Of a stretch of 64,000 nucleotides of DNA, positions 1 to 13,601 are shown piece after piece. The stretch comes from Rhizodiscina lignyota (Eukaryota). Numbering within the stretch: the stretch's first letter is position 1; the number at the start of each line of letters is the position of its first letter. A program made the position numbers and the translations under genes. The stretch covers positions 248,001 to 312,000 of the forward strand of contig ML978130.1 in assembly GCA_010015805.1 (NCBI GenBank). Direction: 5' to 3'. The notes under the pieces are model-generated. The model had not been told where the DNA came from. It did not search any database and was given only the letters and a program-made list of their open reading frames with translations.

Positions 1-469
1 AAACAGTTTCTTTCTTATGATACATTAGCCTCTTCATCTCTTTCGCGACTCTGTAACTCTGCCGCCACACTGTCACAGGTCATTTAAGACTCACGGGAAC
101 ACGATAGCAACAAGCGAGGCAGAAGAAAGGGCAGAGGGAAAGGCACATATGATCGTCGGACAGTGATGGTACACACGATCAGTCTAATCGGAAGACGACC
201 AGGTGTGGTATCAGCACACGGCCCAACAAACAGTTGTGAGGGGTGCTCAGTGAGACGTCATGTAGGGATTTGAGCAATTATATATCAATTTGAGTGGTTT
301 TAGGGCTGGGAAAATCTTACAGTAGTGTGTAAAAGCCCCTAGTCCCCTAGTTCTTTTAGTGCAGGCTCTCTATGATTCACAGTGTCGTTATTGTTATTAG
401 GAGTGAACGCGTGCCGCAGTGATCACAATTCTCACGCTCAAATTGTACACAGTACACAAAACGAGAGGA

Positions 470-1260
470 TTATAGAACCAAGGCGCACAAAAATATGCCC
501 ATTATTGAGAGCCCAAGAAATGCGGTCCCAATGACACGGCCTCCCTCTCCTGTCGATCCGCCACCACTACTCCCGCTATTGTCACTACTGTCGCTACTTC
601 CTCCCGACGATGAATCTCCGCTCCCACTGGATCCACCCCCAGACGGAGTCGTAGTCGCACTTCCGCTACCGCCTGTAGTCGAGGAAGCCGCGCTCCCACC
701 GCTCGAGGCTGCGCCAGAAGCCATCCCGTTGCAATTGTTCGTAGCAGCGCAACACTTCTGTTCCCAATCTAGGGCCTGGCCACCCCCAGATGCGCAGCTC
801 GCACAGTCGTTGAACGCCTCGTTGAACGTGTTGCTGTATGTCACGTCGTACGCTGAGCCGCACATGCAAGATTCGAATGCGGAGGCGTCAGATGGGTCGC
901 CGCAGCTGTCGACGATATCTGGTCAATGTCAGAAGAGATGTCGGGTTGACTGGGCAGAGGGGACTCTATACCGCCAAACTGAGAACAGGCAACGGTGCAA
1001 TCATGTGCTACGCTCTGACAATTCGAGCGGAATTTGTCAGGCGCGGAGCCGGTGCCTTCGCATTGAACACATGCAGCGTTGGAGGAGGAAAAGGTCGCGT
1101 CGTTGCAGACGCACGACATGTAGACGGAATGGTCGTCTTCGTCATGTTCGCAGGAGTCGAGGAGGTCATTGTAGTTTGAACAGGCGTCTGAGCAGTCGTC
1201 TGATTGAGACTTGGCAAGTGGACTTGAAAGGAGAAGGAACAGGAATGCAAATGAGATCAT
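470..1260 (-). CDS. Secreted Cys-rich, probably GPI-anchored cell-surface protein (2 exons, intron 919-971)
   Basis: Signal peptide MISFAFLFLLLSSPLAKS. A GTATAG...CTGAC...CAG intron joins ORFs 841-1335 and 470-865 in frame. Two Cys modules, a Ser/Gly-rich stalk and a hydrophobic C-terminus follow. Confidence 0.85.
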
Positions 1261-2183
1261 ATAACTGGCGCGATTGAAGAGATACATTATGTGATCCGGA
1301 CGGTATTGAGATGAAATAGTCCTGAAATGATACAAAACTCTTTGAAGTCGGAGGGAAGTAGATTTCCTTTTATCTCACGGGGGAATGGGGAGTGCAATAA
1401 TAGATCGCGGTCGAGGTACTCATACCTCGCTTCCTGTGATAGGCGGCTGCTTTCGGCCATTGAGGCCTAGGCGAAGGCTGAAGACAAAGATCATGTAGTG
1501 CACCTGCAAGCCAACCGGCACAGGAGATCAAATAGCTGATATCCAGGCCAGTGGAGGGAGATTTCCTGTCGTGGCTTGAGTGTGGCTATAGGGGGCGTTT
1601 TCTAGATGCTGGAAGACCCTGACGCTATGACGGATCAGGCAAGGTTGAGGATTTGGGCTCTGGGGAAGCGAGAGCCTATCATATAGCGACGAAGCTTAAT
1701 TCGCGAACGCATTATCCCGATTAAGACAAGCCAAACGATTATGTTCCGTTATTTCGAGCCAAGCTCCACTCCAGAGGAGGTACCTGTTAACCCGGAAGCG
1801 ACACCTTGAAGGTTCTTCTCAGCACACAATCGGGCTCTATAGCGAAGAAGACGAGACGTGCTAGGGATTAGGAATGGAACGCGTCTTTGCTTTATGTCAG
1901 TGATGTGTGGTACTATATCATTAAGATGCCCATCATCGTTTGTAGGCGGTGATGACCAAGCTTAATGCTCATGTTGGTTGTCATAATCGAGCATCTGAAG
2001 CGCAGTCCCAGTCGGCAGTGAATATATGATGCATCGAGTGATTGGGTTGCCATTGCGCTGCGGGATGTAGTATCCGAAATCCTGATATAGTCTATGATAC
2101 AGTAAGTGGAGACTTTCAGAGGGCAAGCCTGATGGGCTTTAGTCTGTATACAAATTAACAGACTTGGACACAATTATTGGCAG

Positions 2184-3462
2184 TTACTCCACTCTCCGCA
2201 CAACAAACCTCATCCTGATCGCGCCCTCGTCCTCTCTCTTCTGCATCAACCCTTTCTCGGCTGTTTGGACCCCCTCACACGGCGAACCAACAACCACCTC
2301 CGTTCTGAATTTCATTCCCACCTCTTTGCCTACCCTATCCCAGAGCTCTTTCCAGCTCTCAGAATTGTGCCGATACCTCGGCCTCTCTCCCTTGAATCCA
2401 CTTAGCGCTGCCAGCCCTGGAGGGTCGTTCCCCAGCTGCTGCCCAATCACGAGCGTGTCGGGCTTTGGGGCGAGAAGCTGGATGACGCGGTGCGCGATAG
2501 CGAGCTGCTGGTTGTAGTCGAACAAGTGGAAAAATGAGCCTGTGTAGATGATGCTGAACTTTCCGTAGTGCTTTGTTAAGACCGAGGAATCGTCGAACAC
2601 GCCGGCCGGGAAGAAAGTTGCTTTCATCGTTTCGGGAGTATCCTCGAAGAGCTTATAGCCCAGTTGCAGAAATTCATCGTGTAAATCGCACCTGTAGAGG
2701 TTCTCAGGCAGTGCGCCGTCGAAGACCTGGTGCGGAGGCTTGTCAGTTCGTGATCAATGAGCGCAGCTCGACAGTAATATTTTGACAAGAGTAGCCCCAT
2801 AGCGGCACTTTTTACCCAGCCTCCTCGATTGAATTGATATAGGTTATGTTAGTAGAAGTTTTGCAATGGTGACAAACACTGGCCAAAGTATGTTGTTTTT
2901 GGCGCTGCTCTTGCTTGTCTTGAAGAGAAGACTTCGTTTCTTTTCCCCGTTCATCGAATCCAACTCTTTTGTCACTCCAAGCGCAGCAAATATATGTGAG
3001 GAGTGGGTAACGTACGAGTTGCCGTATTTCCTGCCCAAAGCAACATCCCAGATCGAGAAACTTCTCGCCGTCCTTAATGCGCATAAGGACTTCATCGTAC
3101 ACTGATGTTGATGGGAGCATGAGGTCAAGAAAGCGGTACATGCCGATACACGGGTACGGGAACTGCACTATCAGTATCGGGAATTCCCAGTTCCCAGCCA
3201 GCTTACAATGCTGAACGCCTCTTGTCTCTGATACTGAGTTAGCGGCTGAATATCTAACGACGAAAGGAAAGAGGAAACGAACAATCTTCTGAAGCCATTC
3301 ATCAATCTCCTCATTCGGAATCTTACTATACTCCCGCAACAGAGCCCGCGAGCTATCCTTAACCACGTTGGGTTTGGCGCCGTAGAACTCGAGGTGGAAG
3401 GGATTCTTCCTCTTCTCCTCCGGCGAGAGATCTGCTTGCTGGGGCAACACGCTGTCTGCCAT
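2184..3462 (-). CDS. Class I SAM-dependent methyltransferase (fungal FLDLGCCFGQ type), 4 exons
   Basis: Spliced motifs RQEAFSI-FPYPCIG, FLDLGCCFGQEIRQLV, ENLYRCDL, GSFFHLF. Includes a 21-nt mini-exon and a 289-nt intron (2727-3015). Confidence 0.85.
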
Positions 3463-4146
3463 ATTAATCGCTGAATTCCGATAATACCTGGGGCTAGTTG
3501 TTCTTGTGACTACACGCAATGTCCTCAATTTTCGTAGACGGGCTGATATTGAAAGTCGAAATGCTTGCCGAGTGACCAGCGACAGCATGGAGGCTCAATT
3601 AGTTGAACGGGGCCATCCAAGAAGCCTCCAGTCCTTGCAATATCAAGGAAACTCCTTTCCGCTACAGAGTAATTCCACGATTTTATATCTAGAGCTAAAT
3701 ATGGCTTGGATCGTATATCGGTGTCCAAGAATGTCCAAAGGGCGCATTCCGACTCGCCAAGGCCAGTCAGGTGGATCCACTAGCAATGTTCGAGCCGATA
3801 CTTGCCGCAGTTCGCGTGTGTATTCGGAATGCTCTACAAAACCATCAGTGACATTTGCAAATGCAAAAGTATTGCTACTGAGAGTATAATGGCGCTTAAT
3901 TTTCTTTTACGCATGGTCATTTTCCCGGTCCATCTTGAATCGAGTGTCCTATTAACTGCATGGGCTGAATTTGGAGGTTTGATATTGAAGAGCACTCTAC
4001 CGAATGGATTCTGGCTAGATGGACAGGCCTTCAGTCAGAACAGTTCTGGTTCTTCGTGACTGGAACTCCTCTTCCCCGGATATGGTCCGAAGTCTTGAAT
4101 TAAATCTCTATTTCCGGCTGAATCTCGAGAGATTTAATAAGAAACT

Positions 4147-5983
4147 CTACAAGTCTGGCTTGCCGCTGCTATCACAAGAGTACGCAAGTGTGTTGTCATC
4201 TCTGAAAGTTCCCGCAATGCCCAGTCGAGCCTCGCCTCCACTGACTGCTGGTCCAGATACTACAATCTGCGCATTGTCAACTCCAATCGAACTTTGAAAG
4301 CATGAGATAGATGCACTCACCTCTCCCTCATAATTCTCATCCGTAGTCTTTCTGTTTCCCTTATCCACAAGTTTGACTTCAACGGAGCTCAGCACCGCAC
4401 CAAAGTGACCGTACCGATCTCCATCCTTCCCTAGTCCTGTTCTGTAATCATAGATGTTCGTCTGTGCCACAGCGCCCGCAACTTTGGGAGTTGTGAGTGC
4501 GTACACAACTCGCGCCCCCGTGAGGACTCTGAGATCACTTAATGCGTTCTCACTCAATGGCTTCTCAGCACCCCCCGTCTTCTCCGACAAAAACAGCACA
4601 CGCAACTTGCCTGGCGTTGTGCCTAATGCTGCTTTGCTCGGAGCGTTGATGCGAGTTAGTGCATTGTCGACGGGCATGCGACCGGCTTGCAGTGCCTTTG
4701 TCGCAGAGAAGTGGGCCATTTTGGTCATTACACCCGTTGCTCCTTTAGCATGGTTGGACTGCAAAGTCGCGCCCGCTGTTGCAGAAGCCACGATGATCGT
4801 CGGAGCGATACTCTTTGCTGCATCCGTGATGTCGACGACTGGTCCAGCTACGGAGTTGAGTGCAAGTGTTGCATGGCAGAATAGTGCTGCAAGGGTTAAG
4901 CAAAGCGTGTAGCTATTCGTAAGTGCATCCGCTGGGAGGAACAAATCCGAAGGCGTAAATCGCTGGGCAGGCGGAAGGGCCGTGATGAGTGCGCCAATAG
5001 CTGAAATAAGGTTTGCCTGCGTGAACGTAACGATTTCGAAGCTCTTTGTATTCTCTTGCCATGACAAAGTGATGACATCTCCTGGCGTACCTCTAGCAGG
5101 AAGCTCAGAGCTATTGCCATTCGAGGCGTCCTTGACAAGCTCATGCCAGACAGCGACATCAATCTTGCCGCCAACATCTTCGGGAACTTCCGTCCAATCC
5201 ATATGCCGTGATGTCTCTTCAACGACCCATATGGCTTGTTTTAGACTGGCGCATGCCTTCGTGATGTTTTCGAGTGGGAGGGCGCCTGCTTCGGCAATAA
5301 GGCATTCGGCATTGGTCGACTTGAGCTGTTCGCATACAGCATCATGCGGCTGGTTGTATGGTAACAGGATGATATCGAGTCCGAAGTATGCTCCAGCTAC
5401 ACAAAGTCAGCGCAGTTCATTGAAGGCCGAGGCAATACACACCGAAGAGTGCTGACAACAGTTCCACCGAGTTTGGCAGATATACCGCGACTCTTTTCAC
5501 TCCGGCCTTCCTAATTCCCTCTCCGATGGCGCCAATCTCTCTTCCCATTTGTCTCAGATCAACATCATCGACCTTCTCCCTGCCAAATACTGTAACAATC
5601 TTTCCCTTCTCACTCTTTCCTCCCCCTCCAGGAAGCTCCAGCGGTATTTCTCCACTCACTCTCCTCCAAACATCTCTCAAGTCCCCATCCTTGCCCGCGC
5701 TATACATTGGCGCTCCTGGCGGTCTGACGTTCAAGCCCGTCTTGAGTGGGTAACCGTGTGGAACTTCATGGCTTCTGTAGACGGCAGACTCGCCTGGCTG
5801 GCGAACAAGCGACGCAGCTGACTGCCGCAGCAGTAACATAGGGTGCGTGTCCGGCTCATCGGGGAGGAGTATGCAGTACGCTATAAAGGAGAAGAGTGTG
5901 AGGGCGATGAGGGTCGTGTAGATATTCCATGCTGAGAGTAGCTGTGAGAGCTGCACGTCCAGCTGCTCTACGAGGCCAGTCAT
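4147..5983 (-). CDS. AMP-binding (acyl-CoA synthetase-like) protein with N-terminal TM helix; degenerate catalytic motifs
   Basis: N-terminal TM; AVYLPNSVE, FTQANL, PTIIV, VEVKLVD and SGPAV motifs recall long-chain fatty acyl-CoA ligases. Introns at about 5397-5440 and 4266-4320. Confidence 0.75.
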
Positions 5984-6965
5984 GGTTGCTGGAGGAATTC
6001 TAAAATTCGTGGGGTTCGAAGAGAAGGTGACGTTGAGGTGAGGGTGAGGTGGCAGGGTATCTTGCGAGGTAAAGGATGGTGATACTGCTTATCCGGCGCG
6101 ATGCTGCGGCTAGTGATGCAATGCAGGCGGTAGCTCACGCAGGGTTGGGCACAGGCCAAGGCAGAGAGCGGTACCCGAGGCACCTGATCTTAGGGGAGTA
6201 AGGCACCGAACATCCTCAGCCGGCCCTTCAATCGGCGACGTCCACGCTCTCTTGTCATCATCCACCTCTCAACGGTGTGCCGAATGTGCCATTGCCGTCA
6301 TAATAGAATTAGTATTCAATATACAGCTTTGAACATTGTACCTCGCCTATTTGAGTCGCCATCGACCTCTCCACTGTGCATTGTTTAATGCTCCCTTCCG
6401 GTAGCAAGCAGCATCCACCTCTCGTGCAGCCGGAATTCTTACTTGCCATTTCCTTGCTATTGCGCAACTATCTTTCACGTAAAATTTGTGCGCTATATCA
6501 AAATCACGTCTTACCCAGATGTCAATTATGTTCAAGATGCTTTATTAGTCTGGCATCGGCCGCCCGTTCCGGCAAAGGGCATTCAACTCCCAGCTACCTG
6601 AATTCATTCCGACCAGCCTTACGCGCGACCTCTATATACGACACAGGACAGCAGCTTGGCGAGATTGCCCATATGCCAGCAATTCCCGCACTCCATCGGA
6701 CAATCGAGATTCAAGTGAGGTGTGCCGTAATTATTGGCGTAGATCTGAATCGTTGCCCTGTGGTGGGGGCCAGCCAGCTTCCTTGTGTCACGCATTCGAT
6801 ATGATTTCATTTACCAAACCTCATCATTTGATCAGGGGCATTATTCGCGAGGATAGAAGGTTTAAAATGGATCTTATCCGCACGCTATGTTTTTGTTTAT
6901 TAAGAGTCAGGCCATTCGCTCGCTCTGGGAAACACTGAGACACTTGACAGTGTTCAGTCGTCGTC

Positions 6966-7761
<796 letters not shown>

Positions 7762-8007
7762 GTCCACAAACTCTAATATATTGGACATTATTTCTCGCTA
7801 CAGATGGAGACAAGTGAATATCCGTCGAGCTTCTCGTAAATATCTTTTGAAATTGTCTTCAATGTACATATTTCTCTCGAGCCCAACATCCGTTGTGTGA
7901 CCGAGATTCATTGAGAAAGCACGAAGCTCGATACATTCCGATGATCCACGGCTACTCGAACATGAAGACTTCTAATTGTTTACTCTTGCCTCTCGAATCG
8001 GATCCAA

Positions 8008-9573
8008 TTACATGATGAAGACTTGTGGTTCCGGAAGCAGTTCAGGCCAGTCCTCTTTTATACCCTCCGTCCAAATTCTCTTCAGAAGCTTTAGGGCTAT
8101 GGGTATATTTACAAATCCATTACGGCGATACTGTCTCTCCAAGAATTGCTCAAAATACATCCGGTACTCGGGGGTGCTGCTTTCCGATGCGGCGATGAAG
8201 ACGGGCCAGACGAGAACATGCTCGCCTGGCGATCCCTCTGGGAGCGACTGCACTGTCCTCACGAAGTGACCCACCATCCCCCTCGATGCTGTGGTCGCGC
8301 CTTTGGTCAACACACGATCAAGGTATATGTCGTACGCGTGTTGTCTCAGCTCGGCTATGAGATTAAATGTAGGCGAATATTTGGGATGCAGCCGGCCGTA
8401 GTAATGCAGGCAATCAAAGCTTTGCTGCGCCTGGTATGTTAAAGCGTGCACGCCCGCGTCGCGGTTAAGGAACGGTGCAGCGTATACGCGCATCCTGGAC
8501 GTGTCATCAGTGACTTCGAAAAATCACACTTGCAGGTTTGGCGGCGGGTGCGGGCTCTTACTTGCGTATTTGCCGTAGCGAAAACTCTGCCATCTCACTG
8601 CCATCCAGGAGCCTGCTCTCGCCGCCAACCGCGTCAAGAGCAGACTGCAACATATGAAACACGAGGGGGAAGTCACAACATCCGTTGACCATGACGACAA
8701 CAAGGAGCACGACTAGCGCCAGAATGACGAAGCGCCTCGTCTGCTGGTCACACCCAGTCAAGTTTCTTCTGTGTTGTAGCTCGCGGATTGCCTGTCCATA
8801 GAGCTTGTTCGGATCGGCCACTCTCTGATCGGGAGCCCTGCCGGTGAGGTGAAATGCCGACGCGGCCAATACGGCGCTCATGACCAGATTATCGATACAT
8901 GCGATGGGAAGGATCGAGTGTCGCCATCCATTGTGATCATCGTCGACCACGACCATGTGCGGAGCAATGTTGTCTGAGACTTCAGGAGGAGCATCATTAC
9001 TGTACGATCTTTCAAAGGGCCTTTCGAGGGCAAAGCCACTCACAATACATGAGCAGAAATTCTTTCCACGGTTCTAAACGACCTAATTCAGGCACTAGCG
9101 ACGTTGGTCGCCAGAAGAACTTTGGCAACCCAAGGGCACCTGCAACGTAGACTTCATCGCTGCCGATGGAAGTGGAATAAAGCGGGCCAGACATGGACGT
9201 GGAGTCGATGCTCAGATCCAAGACTTCGTCGCCAGAGTCGATCCGGGCAGACTCGAACTGAGAGCAATTCACGGCGCCACCAAAGTCATCAGGATTCAAA
9301 AGACCTTTTCTCCTAGCTCTTCTCTTCTTGTCTGATGGCACAAGCACATCACGGAATCTGTATTTAACGCCGAACCCACTGCAGGTTAAGCCTTTCGAGT
9401 CGCACTTGTAGCAACTCGGTCTTGTCCCATCGCAGTGGATTCGGCGCTGAGAGCACTGGTAACAACCTGCCCGATGCGTGAGCGTTCGACCTAACTACAC
9501 CGCCATCACTATTCTCCAAGATACCATACGCACCTTTGACTTTCGGGACATACGGACGTGGTTTACGGACCAT
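8008..9573 (-). CDS. Zn(II)2Cys6 transcription factor with fungal-specific TF domain
   Basis: Spliced N-terminus gives CYQCSQRRIHCDGTRPSCYKCDSKGLTC. Later exons carry NGWRHSILP...AVLAASAFHL and HVLVWPVFIAASE. Confidence 0.92.
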
Positions 9574-11121
9574 GGTTTTCGATGAGACACCTTCTCCATC
9601 TCAACACGTCGGACAGAATGCGAGTCGAGTAGACATCTCCGGAAACGGATGCTCTTGCGTGGTTCTTGAAGACGACTTAATGGTTTGAGCGCAAGCGATG
9701 GCGGTTGAAGTCTGGACCAGCGTCCCATACTCCGCCTTTATCGTGATTTCCCCACCGCGCGATGCCATAAAAGGGGCGGTTGTGGCCGACGCTATTCCAC
9801 ATCTGGAAATTTTAATGAGAGCACTCACGACGACACACTCAGCAAGAAATTCCGGGTTCACTTCAATTTCATCCCGTCGCTATAAGCTTGATTGGCCGGG
9901 CAGACTTCTGCATTCTCTTGATTACTCTATCATAATTCTATGGAGATCTCAACCGACGCTGAATCGTGAGCAGCCAGGAAAAGCTCGGGAGTCCTGAGGA
10001 AAATCTCGATGGCCCCGCGCATTGCACATAATAAGGACAGAAGACCTTCGTTTCACCCAATATACACTGTTTTCTATAGTCCGGATTCTCTCAAGTAACC
10101 CTCCCGGGTGCCTACTTTGTGTCCCGCGGCCTTTGCGCCAATTGCCGTTACCGACGAAGGAGACTTGTTCGACACCAGAGTCCGAACTGAAAGACACATA
10201 GGATTCGGAACTGCCGCCGGATTTCTCCATGGACGATCGAAGCATCCCGGCGCCTGAATGTGACAATTTATTGAAAGAACAATGCCAGGTGAAGTGAGAT
10301 GGGATGGCCAAGTTCAGGAGGACATTGAGGTCTTCGTTGGTTTTATATACGAAATCTTGGAGGACTTGGATGAACAGAGGAATGTGCCTAATGGGAATGA
10401 TTCCGTCGGGTACCATATCACTCATGGGCTGTAATTCCATGCGTCTGGGACTTGTTCCAGTTACAGGATACAGGACGTCTCCCGGGTATCCGCGCTCGGA
10501 GTGGGCTGTGGGCCTCTGGCCATCTCTCGGGTTGGGTAAGATTGTTCAAGTTGTTCTCACTCCCATTACTCCATACAGGATAGCAGTTAGCACGAAGCCG
10601 TTCATATGCTACCCCATACTACTAGGTTTGTAACCGTGGGAAATACACCCAAGATATCCGGCCACGAATCTTATACATTGATACAAAATATATCAGCCGG
10701 CGGAGATAGGGGTCAGTGCACTGGCTCTCATCTTATTTAGATACAGGATAGTCAAAGCCAAGTAATGTTAGGAATAAAGCAGATATGTCGGCCGGATGCG
10801 TGCCGCAGGACAAATCTTTCGCCTGAGACGATCGGCTTTGAGCCACAATATTTTAACTTCATGTTGAGAAGACCTGTATAAAACAATGAGTGGCTTCTAC
10901 ACTCCCTTTCAGATTAATAGACGACCTTAAAAGCTTTCAGCACAGCTTCCCAGACACTGACCATGTGTTAAAGCATGTTTGTAGCAGCGGCGCAGATCAA
11001 TATATTCACTTATCAATTTGTCATAACCAAGTATACAGTCAAATCTAAACTGCATTCTCTTGCGGGGTAATGCGTTTCCTGCGCTCATCTGAAAGAGAAT
11101 CCCATCATACCTTGTGAGTGA

Positions 11122-12285
11122 TTAATCTTCTAACTCGACCATCTCAACCAGCATGGTCTCGATGTACTGCTTCTGTTCCCTTAGGAAGTTTTTGACGCCA
11201 GCTGTGTCAAAGGGACGCTTGGAGCGCTCGCGCTCGCGGACTTTCTTTGACAAAGCTCGCAGACGATCCCCGATAACCTCCAGTCGGTATTCCGTGTACT
11301 GGCTATACAGGTCCGAAATATTGCTGATAGCGCGCATGCCCGTCAGGACTGTCTCGTCCCTAATGAGTGGCGATTTGGGCCTGAATGCAGTCACCATGCT
11401 AATGCGCTCCGGGACGCCGAAGGACTTCAGCGCCTGGTGTTCGATGTAACGGCCTTGCATGACTACCGCGGTGCCCTAATGATGCATTAGTCTAGCTACG
11501 GACAGCGACTTCCTCCGCTATTATCTTCTCTTTTCTTACATACTATAGCTGGTCCGCGGACATTCATGGTTCCACCACTACCGAGCCGCATGGCCGTCTC
11601 ACCTCCCACCATGCCCACACATTCCGAAAGCATCGTGACGCAGACGAAGGGGTAGCTGTCTCGGTGCCAAGCGAAGGCAGACACATCGTCCTCCGGCCCA
11701 GCCTTACCCCGGGAAACCTCGATACTCATATCGTTGATCGAGACATTGATATGGCCGACATCCATGTCCATGGCGGTGACGAGCTCGATGCCGGCAATCT
11801 TGGAGATGGCTTCGAGGACCTCGGGGCTCTTCCAGGCATCGAATATGAATGGGGCTAGTCTGCGCATCGGGCCTGATTAGCAAAATAACAGGCTTGTGGC
11901 TGAGGTAGGCTGCAACTCACGCTGGGCCATAGCCTCTAATCATATTACTCGCAAAGTCTGAAGTGTATTGGAAGTTTGTGAGGACGGGTTCGCTGAAGAT
12001 TTCGGCCCTCATTTGCTGCACAGCTTCTGGAGTGAACAGAGAGAAGGGCTCTGAGGCTGCGGTATCCGAGATGCCGGCCCCCTCGAGGCCGATCTCCGTC
12101 ATAGTATAGATCGTATTGGGATGTACAATGTTCAGGTGCTTATTTGGGTCGAAGGCTACCTTTCGAGTGTCTCGAGCCTCATCGGCCAGATATTGGGGTA
12201 GCTGGTTGGTCGGGCGGGTGGCCTTATCCAGCTTTGGGCCTACCACAAGAGGCGGCGCTGAGGGTAATAGAATAGTAGTAGCCAT
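11122..12285 (-). CDS. Putative Fe(II)/2-oxoglutarate dioxygenase (3 exons)
   Basis: HxD (WHRDSYPFVCV), GGET, distal His (YIEHQAL) and RxS (ERISMVT) motifs. Confidence 0.8.
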
Positions 12286-13601
12286 GTTTGCCTCTTCGCA
12301 GTGACAATTGTGTAAGATAACGTTATCGGGAAGTAATGAAATATCAATATAAAAGTATGATTGACGGGTTTGAAAGGATAATATGAATTGAGATTCGCCT
12401 ACAGGCTTGTAGTTAAAAGAATTATTGCGGAATTAGACAGTCTTCAGATAGAGAGTAGAAGTAGTATAAAAAATATAGTTTCGTTGCGCGCACTTCACTT
12501 GTAGATGAGTTGTCACCGATGCTATCGTGGCGATGAGACTGGATTCTAAAACCAAGAACGGAATAGCTTCCTGGTTTGGGTGACTGAGATTAGAGAGGGT
12601 TGAAAGGGGGTTGCTAGCCCCAGATACACATCCGTATCAACCGTTTATCAAATCGAAACCAAATCGGGAATAGAAAATGAGACACCCAACCATGACACGC
12701 ACACCCGCGGATATGGGCCAGGATTGCTGTAATGGGACTGCTAAGGCTTGCGGGAGGGAATAGAGCGCATGATGTGAGTTAAGTGTAGAGGTACACTAAT
12801 CCTTGATTTCTTCTCTTGAAGTGAGGGCTTCATCCCCTTCGGGCAATGGTCGGCCCGGGACTGGGCCCAACCGAGGCCCCCTGCCCCGCAGGTGGCCCGG
12901 GCTCTTTAATGGTGCTCTTAGCCTTCAGAGGGAGACATCGCTTCACTTGTCTGTTCTCTCCTCCAGGAGTACACGGTGCCGAAGAGTTTATGCAAGAGAT
13001 ACGACATCTTGCCCAAGAGATGTCATCATGAGCCGCAGAATGCAGCTACCAGCTAGTTCCGATGTGCTTGCTTTCTGCAGACGGAGCCCGCTCTCGCTAA
13101 GGGAATCCGACACCGGGCTTTCTATTGGTGATATTGCAGACAAAGTACCCCAACAAAGCCGATAAGGACTGCTCTATGGAGCAAGATACCCGATTCCTCT
13201 GGTGTTGGACTTGGTGGAAATCTCACTCACTTTGTTGACTAGACTACCTAACAAATTCTGTGGCTCTCATTTTTATTACCTACATTGGTATAGCGGCCGC
13301 TATTACTTCAAGTAATGAAAAGGGCAATTGGCCATCACATAGGCGGGGCTCCTCGGTAGACCGCTCTAAACAGTCGGCGAGGACTTGATATTGGGCTTTA
13401 GAGTATGGCGAGTTCCTGCAGCCATGAATTACATTCTGTGGAGATCTGGATTCCGCCTCATATTCCATGGCCGAACTGGAAACGTCGGTTGGTAGGTTAA
13501 AAGCTGAACTTTTCTCGTCATAGCCTTCATGACTTCCTGTTCACTTTCCCTCCCTCCAACACAAGTCATATTGTAACAGTCTCGGGAGCTTTACTGTGGC
13601 A

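Noticed and set aside
495..1277. 260-aa plus-strand Pro/Leu-rich ORF
   Set aside because: Antisense shadow of the Gly/Ser-rich GPI protein.
9949..10633. Overlapping 163-aa and 109-aa ORFs
   Set aside because: No recognisable motifs; probably intergenic.
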